From Octopus bimaculoides (lineage: Eukaryota), in NCBI RefSeq assembly GCF_001194135.2, contig NC_068990.1, positions 32,074,831 through 32,133,923 on the forward strand: a DNA stretch of 59,093 nucleotides. The letters run 5' to 3'. Numbering within the stretch: the stretch's first letter is position 1; every line of letters begins with the position of its first letter. The notes under the pieces are model-generated. The model had not been told where the DNA came from. It saw nothing but the letters and a program-made list of their open reading frames with translations, and did not search any database. The position numbers and the translations under genes were made by a program. Shown here piece after piece: positions 49,935 through 59,093 of this stretch.

Positions 49935-50200
49935 TCGGAGACTTTGTCCGACGAGGTTATCATGTCATTCAAATGAAGGGCGCCATAAGTCATTCTGTGT
50001 TGGTGCACAACAAGGGGAAACAACTCTGGATGGAAGCTGTATCAGCTTTCCTGCTGCTGCTGCCGCCGCTGCCATGGACAGTCGGATGTTCCGTATCAAA
50101 GGATGGTTATGTTGATATTTGAGTACCAGAGTCGTCGATAATCATGGCAGTTGTTTTGTTAAACTTTGGTGATAACTATAACATTTTGGTTTATATGTAT
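48900..50200. promoter_or_regulatory. CpG-retaining promoter/first-exon region of AFG1L
   Basis: CpG is visibly more frequent than in the flanks; contains the putative exon 1 and a (GCA/GCG)n tract. Not quantified computationally. Confidence 0.55.
49856..49934 (-). CDS. AFG1L: AFG1L coding exon 1 ([26 protein letters not shown]), putative mitochondrial presequence
   Basis: ATG at 49934; a second ATG at 49928 has better context (accATG). Donor CAAG|gtagat is phase 1, matching the exon 2 acceptor. The peptide is Arg-containing with no acidic residues and lies in a CpG-retaining region. Assigned by phase and composition, not homology. Confidence 0.6.
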
Positions 50201-51139
50201 GAATATTCGATTTTTCTAATTAACGGCATCATTGAAAAATGCACATGATGAAAGTTGCTGGGGGTATGAAGAGGTACATAAAAATACCAAAATAACAGGA
50301 AATAAGAAAATTGTATTTATCACTCCCCAAATTTTATATAGGTCTCATTACTTTTAATATGTACTATATATTGTAATCAGTGTAGTTCCCAAATGCTCTT
50401 CTTAATTTCACAAATGTTGTACATGTATGCATTCAAAACAACCAAAATATATGCATATTTACATATGGGTACATGATCTTAAAAACAGGTTACATACATT
50501 TTCTAAAGGCTTCCAAGGAACAGCAAGTTTAGTTTATGCAAAAGTTGCACGTTTACAACATATGTGCACATTCTGTGCAAAAGCTACATATGCACGTAAT
50601 AAGCATGCATTATTCACATTCACTGTGAAAGTTCCTAAAGAACTATATGTCTTATATAGACTTCAGAAGACAGTAACACACCTTGGCCTTCTGAATTTGC
50701 AATCTAGTTTCAAATTATTTGTTTTTGTTCTGTTTAAACAAAGAAATACATGCATACTGTGTAATAAGGAAATAGGCTAAATTTGAATACCTGATACTTC
50801 TCAGTAAGGTGAATATAAAAGATGATAGAGGAATATAGAAGAATATATGAAGTAGAGTAATTAATAGTGGAATAAGGGATATATACAAATGCATACATTG
50901 TATTAAATATATATTGATGACACATAGCATAATATATACAGTCTATTGGAGTATTTCAACTGATCAATATGTAATCTCTGTATTGTTCTTTTCCATGCCC
51001 TGAAGATTTTCTACTCAAGATATTTTGAAATGCAAACTTATATATTTATATGTGTTTTGTTATTTAAATTGGATGTGAAATGAAACAATTGTAGGTAACA
51101 ATATTAATTTATACCCATTGGATCTCTCCATTTTCAAAC

Positions 51140-51194
<55 letters not shown>

Positions 51195-51975
51195 GTGTAT
51201 GTGTGTTGATTAGATTTACCAATGAGAAATGGGAGAAAATTAATTTCATCATCAGGATGTATGAACATAAAAATGTTAGTTGAGCATGATGAACCAAAGA
51301 AAGTGGCAGAATGAACTTTCAAATACAAAAACAATCAGAAACAACTCCAGCTGAGGCTAAATAATTTGAGCTTGTGTCAAATGATTTAGAAAGTAACTCA
51401 TATAAAGTGGAACAAATTCAACAGCTTCAATTGGTTTAGTGTTACTTATAAAAATAAATATATATACAAAAACATGTAGTGTATTATATATACATATATA
51501 TTGCTGATTATAATGATATGTGAAAATATTTGGCTAAGCAAGAAGAGGTGTACTTTGTGAGAAAGATTTACTGAGGTCACACTGCCTCAAAATTGAAATT
51601 TCAAAGGTCTTTCAACATCTCAACATCAGTTAAAAAATTTACAAATAGGAAGACTTAATAGATGCAATTGAGATGGCATTAAATTAAAATTGTCGTCAGT
51701 GTATCATACAAAATTAGTAGGCATGATACAGAGGAATCATCTGAAATAAGCTCTCTTCATTGATTTCTTGTGTTAAAAACAATATATATTTTTGTGATAG
51801 GGGATGCTTAGCAAAACTGATTTCCCATAAAGGAATTGCTTCAGATGCCTGAAAACAACTAGATGGAAGACATGACCAATTTATTGCATATAATACTTGA
51901 TGAAACAAGCTTCCTTATTGAGACAACCTGTTCATTCAGCACCTCTGTGCTGTGATGAAAGAGTTTCAACTAGTA

Positions 51976-52352
51976 CAGGCATAGGAATAGTTGTTTAGTA
52001 AGAAGTCTACTTCTCAACCACATGGTTTTGGGTTCAGTGCCACTGCATGGCGCCTTGGGCAAGTGCCTTCAAATATAGCCCTGGGTCAACCAAAGCCTTG
52101 TGAGTGGATTTGGTTGACGGAAACTGAAAGAAGTCTGTCGAGTGCGTGTGTGTATTACTGTCTTGCATGATAGTTGTAAGCAAGTGTCACCATCATGCAA
52201 ATGGTGCCCTTCATTTCCAATCTTCTTAGATGTCTGGTCATGGGGAAGCAGGTGAAGGCAGGTGATAGGATGGGCATCTGGCCATAAAAAAAAACTATCT
52301 TAGCATATATCATCTGACACATGTGAGTATGAAAAAGTGGACATTAAATACT
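51976..52352 (+). mobile_element. SINE with family A tRNA head and an RTE-like 3' tail
   Basis: Head matches family A to about 52150; the end gggcatctggccataaaa..aaagtggacattaaa resembles the RTE 3'UTR terminus. Confidence 0.6.
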
Positions 52353-52589
52353 AATGATTTGTTTTGGTGACACCAGTGTCTCAGGTGTACATAGCAAGGA
52401 TGTGATGATGAAAGCTTGGTGGAAATTTCCAAATCCTCGCTTGACTAGACTTGTTTCTGAAGTATCAAGTATCCCAAATTCAATTGCACAGTCCTCAAGT
52501 TGATCTTGCAATCCATATATAGTGTTAGAAGCCGCACATGACTTACCTGGAACAGGTATAAACATCATCTTAGTTTTTTTCAACTTTAC

Positions 52590-52865
52590 TGCAATGACAA
52601 ATGACCGAGACCTTTGGCAATATGCCATGCTTGAGAAGACCCATCAAGCCAAGTGAAATTGTAGCTGTGACAGATACTGGTGTCACACAACTGGTACCTA
52701 TGCCAGTGGCACGTAAAAGCACCTATTACACTCTTTGAGTGGTTAGTATTAGGAAAGGCATCCAGCTGTAGAAACCATGCCAAATCAGACGAGTCTAGTG
52801 CAGCCCCTCAGTTTACCATGCCATCATGGACAATGGACATTAAATGATAATGATGATGATGATAA
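52590..52865 (+). mobile_element. RTE LINE ORF end plus 3'UTR, internally deleted
   Basis: AMTNDRDLWQYAMLEKT, then 3'UTR core and (GAT)n tail. Confidence 0.78.
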
Positions 52866-54914
52866 TAATATTGCATGTCCAAAAGTAATAAGGCACAAAA
52901 GAAAAGGTCTATTATGTACTGAGTATCTTGCTCTAAATGAGCCACAAGGTCAGCATGTAATAAACTAGACTTTTTGAAATGATTCAATTTACCAGTTGTG
53001 TAAAAGCAGACAAAAAGAGACCTAAACCACAATCCTGAAATGCATGAGCAATTACAACTATAAAGTAAATAGAGATTAAAGTTAGCATAGTTATACCGCT
53101 TACTTAACATCAATATCCACCAGGACTGTTCTGGCAGAGCACCATTTTAGTTGAAGCAAACTTCCATATAAGTCTATTGTTGGAAAACCTACCAATAGAC
53201 TTAGGTCAGAGCCCCAACTTAACCAGGAGAATCCTGGTTAAGTTGGGGTCCTGACATTTTATTCATTGTGTCAAGGGCTTTCATTATATTAACTAAAACT
53301 TGATAAAAAGAGTAGTCTTTGCTCTATGCTTTCATACAAAGTGCATCACAAACTTTTTATTTGATACCCAGTGTGCCACAAAAGCTAAAAGACTGAGAAC
53401 TACTGGCTTAGTGAGTAATTTGAAGAAATGAGACATTGTGTGTGTGTTTGAATGAGTGTGTGGATGATTAGTGTCTTGTTACCATGTAGACGAGATTTAA
53501 AAAGCAGAAACTGCAGAAGAAATTCATTAAAAGGTTAGTAATCGGCATTAAATGTTCTTATAAGAACTGTCAGTATTTTTTTAAGTGGTGCTGTAAATAG
53601 CCCTAACTGTTTTTTGTAAGCATTGCTATAAGTGATGTAAATGTCACTGAAAGGACTGTTAAGTTTGTAACCTATGTTCATTCCTTGTGTATAGCTGTTA
53701 CAATTTACTTACACCACTAACATGTTTAGAAAAGATATGTTTCCTTTCCGCTACAAAACTCACAGGTGCCATTGACCTGACACCAGCATCAGTCACGACT
53801 ACGGTCTCACTTTGCTTGACAGGTCTCAGAAAGATATACAAATAACATCGTCTGCTAGATGGAATTCCGTAAGTGGATAAATTTGTTTGATTAAAATTAT
53901 AGAATATTTCAAGCTTTAAAGGATTTTTTATTATTAATTTCTCAAAAAAAAAAAAGGAAGTGGTTGTGATTTACGTAATCGGCATGAAAAACTACATCTG
54001 CGTAGAAATTTTCAACAAAATCGGAAGAGATAGTTTAAACAAAAAAGATCCACGATAATTTTAAACATCTTTTTTTTGTTTACTTTTTTCTTTTATTTAT
54101 TGGTAGATGCGTGATCATCGTCAAAGTTGACAGGCGAACTATTTTCATGTCAGGTACCATTGCATCTTGGTCATCGCCAGTTGATTAAATCGACTTGAGT
54201 ATTTGAGTGGTATTTTCATTTTATAAACACTCATGGAAAATAATGGACATACTTATCCTTTCCGGGATTTCAACTTAGAATCGATATAAATATCACAAGG
54301 TATTTCATCTGACGCTTCCTAATAATTTTGTTAATTATTTACCCCTTATCCGAAAAGGTCTAATAGTATCCAAAACTAAACGAAGATAATCGTAAGGGAA
54401 GTAACTTTGGATGATCCTAATTTTAAAGTTGTCTCCATTAGATATTTGTACCTAACGAAGGCATAAGGCATCAAACTTTGTCGAATTCAGTATTTGGCCG
54501 GTGTATTATTTAATCGACTCCGGAAACATGGAAGGCACAATCTAACTTAGACAACAGAAGGCCAAGAAGTTTGAGTCTAAGGCTACTCATAACTTCTGCC
54601 AAGCCACTTAAATACTGTCTCTTTTAGAATAACTGCCACCTTCTCTTTCACTCCTTCCTCTTGTTCTTGATAAAAATAGGAATACCACACTTTCTCCTTT
54701 CCAATACAAATTCATACCGAAGTGTAGACACATATTTATAAACCTATATATGCACATACATATATGTTTATTATTAGATGGTGAGATCACAGTATATGAG
54801 TATTCTAATCTCGCACATTCTCCTGGAAGTCTTATGGAACTAGATTTCCAAGAAGACATTCTGTTGTTCTCTGTCTTCTTGTAATTTGATACAGCACTCC
54901 ATTTCTTTATTTAT

Positions 54915-55833
54915 ATTGAATGGTTTTTCAATGAGTATTGTGTGTCCAGACAGCAAAATGTCTATTTTTTTTTTCTAAGCACCTGTGGAAATTTGTAGAT
55001 AGTAATTTACTCATCAGGTTGCCCAGTTTTAATATTAACTCAATAGAGTACATTTTAAATATAATAGCTACTTTTCCAAAGCTATAATGGAAGTGACAAA
55101 GGAGCATATTTGGTATATTTTGCTTTATGGGTTCAATAAAGGCAACAACGCAACGGAAAGTGCAAGGAATATTAATGCAGTATATGGGGATCAGATAATA
55201 AGTGTAAGCCAGTGTCAATGGTGGTTCCAGAAATTCCGAACCAGAAACTACAACCTAGAAGACGAGTCTCATCCTGGAAGATCTGTAGAGCTCAACGAGG
55301 ACATCCTGCAAACCCTGGTGGACCAAAATTCCATTGTAACTGTTGAGGGACTAGCAGAGAAGCTTGGATTTGGTTATTCAGCCATTCATCAACACCTGTG
55401 TGCCATGGGAAAAGTCAGCAAATTGGGTCAATGGGTTCCTCATAAACTTTCCAAGTCTAATTGCACAGCCAGCCACATACAGTGAGGATGACATTCCAAA
55501 AGCGGAGCAGCTTGAATGGGAAATGATGCCCCACCCACCATTTTTACCGGACATTGCCCCATCTGATTATCATTTATTCCGCAGTCTTCAAAATAATTTC
55601 AATGGAAAAAATATGAATTCTGTAGATGAGGCCAGAACAGTACTGAAGGAGTATTTTTCATCATGCACAAGTGAATTTTGGAAGAGGGGCCTGGCAAGTC
55701 TACCAGATAGATGGAAGAGCATTGCAGGAAATGAAGGATAGCATATTAAGAAAGAACTTTGTTTACCTTAATTTGAAAAATAAAAGAGGTATAAAAAAAA
55801 AAACCCACATTATTTATGAGATAATCTAATATA
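54915..55833 (+). mobile_element. Mariner (DD34D) element of the same family, internally deleted
   Basis: MEVTKEHIWYILLY..LGQWVPHKL (WVPHEL motif), deletion junction, then MPHPPFLPDIAPSDYHLF; right TIR ttatttatgagataatctaa followed by TA. Confidence 0.9.
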
Positions 55834-56507
55834 TTTTTCTTAACATCTCTATGTTTTTGGCCTGGTTATAAGCTTATGTACTAAATAAGACATAAATACA
55901 TTAGTCAGTTTTTTTATATCTATATCAAACTTATCCTAATAATATCAATCTCCACATTGCATAAAGATCTTCGAATTTATTAAAGAGTAGGATGGATTAT
56001 ATGATAGTCCTGTCTTTCTCAAGAACAGTAGTGAAAAACAACAACAAAACATCTAATTTTTTACACCAGGCATGAAAGCCACCATACTTTGATCTCTATA
56101 TGCATAGTTATTTACAGAAACAATTCCACCCCTCACCTCTTTACCCACAGTTCAAACTATGCTTTGATCTTTCTAGCATGACAATTTTTAATAATTGCTT
56201 TTATTGACAGGTACCATAAAGTAAAGTTGCTCTGACCTAGTTTTGATTACAAGTTATACTATTTCACTGCCTTAAGCCATTAGCACCAATGGTCCTTTTT
56301 TTGGGGACCAGAAGGATAATCCATCATATTTCTGCAACACCTGTATTTTTCTGAGATATCTTTAGTTAATCATCAAGACTGGAGTATCTTTCAAATATGG
56401 TAATAAAATTGTTTTTATATATTTAGTATCAGATAAAGTTGTATAGGCACTAATGGGTTAATATCAGCAAGCTTCTTAAGAATAGTATGAAGATCTTAAT
56501 ATTTTAT

Positions 56508-56668
56508 CATCATCATCATCATCATCGTTTAACGTCCGCTTTCCATGCTAGCATGGGTTGGACGATTTGACTGAGGACTGGTGAAACCGGATGGCAACAC
56601 CAGGCTCCAGTCTGATTTGGCAGAGTTTCTACAGCTGGATGCCCTTCCTAACGCCAACCACTCAGAGC
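56508..56668 (-). mobile_element. RTE LINE 3'UTR copy
   Basis: Near-identical to 32451-32610. Confidence 0.88.
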
Positions 56669-57559
56669 AGTAAGCTAAAATTTTATATTTTATATTTTTA
56701 TTTACTTTTTTATTTATTGTTTAAAATCTGATGCTAAGTTAGAAATCAATACGGCATTTCTGTTGAAGTAATTTATAGAGGTGGAGAAGCTATGAAACTC
56801 TTGTGTGTTGGTGAGTCTTTATTAATCAGTTGAATGTTATTTAGGATATTTGTATATGTTGTGGCAGCATTGTCTTAGAAAATAGAAAATACTTTTTCAA
56901 CATTGTGGGGTGTAGGAAGAACTATGGTACAGAGGTAAGCTGCCTATAAATCCAATTTACAGTTCTAGCTTTGATGCTTGATTTTTGCTTGATATGGCAA
57001 AAAAATCGAGTATCAAAGCCAGATCAAAAACTGGATTCATAAGTAGATTAGATTTTTTAATGAAATAGTTCACTCACCAAATCACTATAGTTGCCCTACC
57101 ACTTCTAATGTTGTTACAATGGTTTCTTCTTTGAACCAGCAAGTTGTATACAACCTCCTCCAAAATCAAAACAAAGGATATGTATCTTATCATTACTACT
57201 CTCTCCCCCTCTGTCTCACCCCTTTCTCTCTCACCTTCCCATTCTCAATCATTATTAGCAAGAACTACAACCTTCTGAAATTCACTCCCTGCCATTTTTT
57301 CTTGTCCTACAAATGTTAAAACTGAACGTGAATGAAATTGCTACAACCAGTTTGGTAGAGTTTGCACATATTTAGATACTCTGTCTGTCTGCCTGTCTCT
57401 GTTTCTCTTTGACAAACTAATTATAAGAGACTATAGGACTACAGTAGGCTGTATTAAGATATTATACTCTCATAACATAGTTAGAGTCTGCAGGATCAAT
57501 CTGTAGGAGAAGCAGTAAGCTAATATTTGATGGTGTTTAAATTTGAAGCAGTTAAAGCT

Positions 57560-58515
57560 TCATCGTCATCATCATCATCGTTTAACGTCTGCTTTCCATG
57601 CTAGCATGGGTTGGACGATTTGACTGAGGACTGGTGAACCAGATGGCTGCACCAGGCTCCAATCTGATCTGGCAGAGTTTCTACAGCTGGATGCCCTTCC
57701 TAATGCCAACCACTTCGAGAGTGTAGTGGGTGCTTTTACGTGCCACCAGCACGAGGGCCAGTCAGGCGGTACTGGCAAAGGCCACATTCAAAATGGTGTT
57801 TTTTACATGCCACCTGCAACGGAACCAGTCCAGCGGCACTGGCAACGACCTCGCTCGAATGTTTTTTCATGTGCCACCGGCACAAGTGCCAGTAAGGCGA
57901 TGCTGGTAACGATCACGCTCAAATGGTGCTATTTACGTGTCACTGGCACGGAAGCCAGACAGCTGCTCCAGCAATGATCACACTCGGACAGTGCTGTTAG
58001 CACTCCACTGGCACAGGTGCCAGTCATCGAATTTGGCTCAATTACGATTTCGATTTCATTTGCCCCAACAGGTCTTCACAAGTAGAGTTTAGTGTCCAAT
58101 GAAGGAGAAGTTGGCATGGGTGCCAGTCGTCGAGTTTGGTTCGATTTTGATTTCACTTGCCTCAACAGGTCTTCACAAGCAGAGTTTAGTGTCCAATGAA
58201 GTAAAGGTATGAATAAGTGAGCTGGCTACACCCTTGGCAGAGGCCACAGATTATGGTCTCACTTGGCTTGCCAGGTCTTCTCACGCACTGCATATTTCCA
58301 AAGGTCTCGGTCACTAGTCATTGCCTCAGTGAGACCTAATGTTCGAAGGTCGTGCTTCACCAACTCATCCCAGGTCTTCCTGGGTCTTCCTCTTCCACAA
58401 GTTCCCTCAACCACTAGGGTCTGGCACTTTTTCACACAGCTATCCTCATCCACTCTTGCCACATGACCATACCAGCGCAAGCGTCTCTCTTGCACACTAC
58501 AACTGATGCTCCTTA
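57560..58515 (-). mobile_element. RTE-clade LINE, 5'-truncated; longest copy in the window
   Basis: VQERRLRWYGHVARVDEDSCVKKCQTLVVEGTCGRGRPRKTWDELVKHDLRTLGLTEAMTSDRDLWKYAVREKTWQAK*, then about 700 bp of 3'UTR and a (CAT)n tail on the + strand. Confidence 0.92.
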
Positions 58516-59093
58516 TATAAAAATACAAAAAAAAAAGTATACAAAGTTCAAAGTTACTTACTCTATTATCAATAAGCTACATTAGAAATGCTGTATTGAT
58601 TTTTTTCACTCAGCAACAGACTTTTAAGAAAAGGAAAATGAAAATGTGATGTACATGTTATTGTTAAGGGCTTCAATGATATTAAAGCAGTGAAATAATA
58701 TAACTTGTGATCAAAACTGGATCAGAAAAACTTTATGTCATAGTACCTGTCAATAAAAACAGCAAATCATTAAACATACAGGGTAAAAGGGAGAGATCAA
58801 AATATTATTTAGATTATGAATAAAAAGTTGTGGGAGGAAATTGTTTTGGTAAATAAATGCAGATAAAGAGAACAAAGCATGGTTGGTTTCATACCTAAGG
58901 TTAAAATTAGGCGTGGCTGATAAATCAAGTTGAAAGTATATGACTATTATGTCAGTGTCTTCCCTTCAAACGTGAGCAGCTGTTATAGAATGTTAGGTGA
59001 CTAAGAAAGAAATATTCTACGGTAGGTAGTGTATATAAATGTCAGTTCTCTTTGTCTCTGTCTCTCCCCTCATTCTGTATATATATATATATA

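Noticed and set aside
49922-50122. Plus-strand ORFs as a head-to-head partner gene (SNX3 neighbours AFG1L in human, from memory)
   Set aside because: They are antisense to the AFG1L leader, and I found no PX-domain or other recognisable exons downstream on the plus strand.
54778-54883. Plus-strand exon-like DGEITVYEYSNLAHSPGSLMELDFQEDIL..*
   Set aside because: Weak acceptor, no family match and no partner exons.

Overview
AT-rich eukaryotic genomic scaffold, dense in microsatellites and transposons, with five N-gaps (5701-6502, 6922-6931, 8169-8920, 10180-10936, 16237-16617). The repeat content looks like an octopus/cephalopod genome; that is an inference, not shown. The one securely identified gene is a 13-exon AFG1-like mitochondrial AAA+ ATPase (AFG1L/LACE1) on the minus strand, 30742-49934. 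I rebuilt it by hand with GT-AG junctions in consistent phase (1374 nt, 457 aa); exon 1 is the least certain part. A second probable gene is an orphan 111-aa single-pass membrane protein ORF on the plus strand (19882-20217). The rest is mostly decayed mobile DNA: RTE LINE 3' ends with (GAT)n tails, three tRNA-headed SINE families, R4/Dong-like and Tx1/L1-like LINE fragments, mariner/Tc1, Helitron and hAT relics, and MITE-like foldbacks. There is no CRISPR array, rRNA or true tRNA gene. I cannot demonstrate a new biological system from sequence alone. The best leads are the orphan membrane protein, the uORF/stop-start architecture of the AFG1L leader, inverted repeats bracketing AFG1L exons 7-10, an unidentified region at about 12.85-13.37 kb that is open on both strands, and several near-perfect hairpins.
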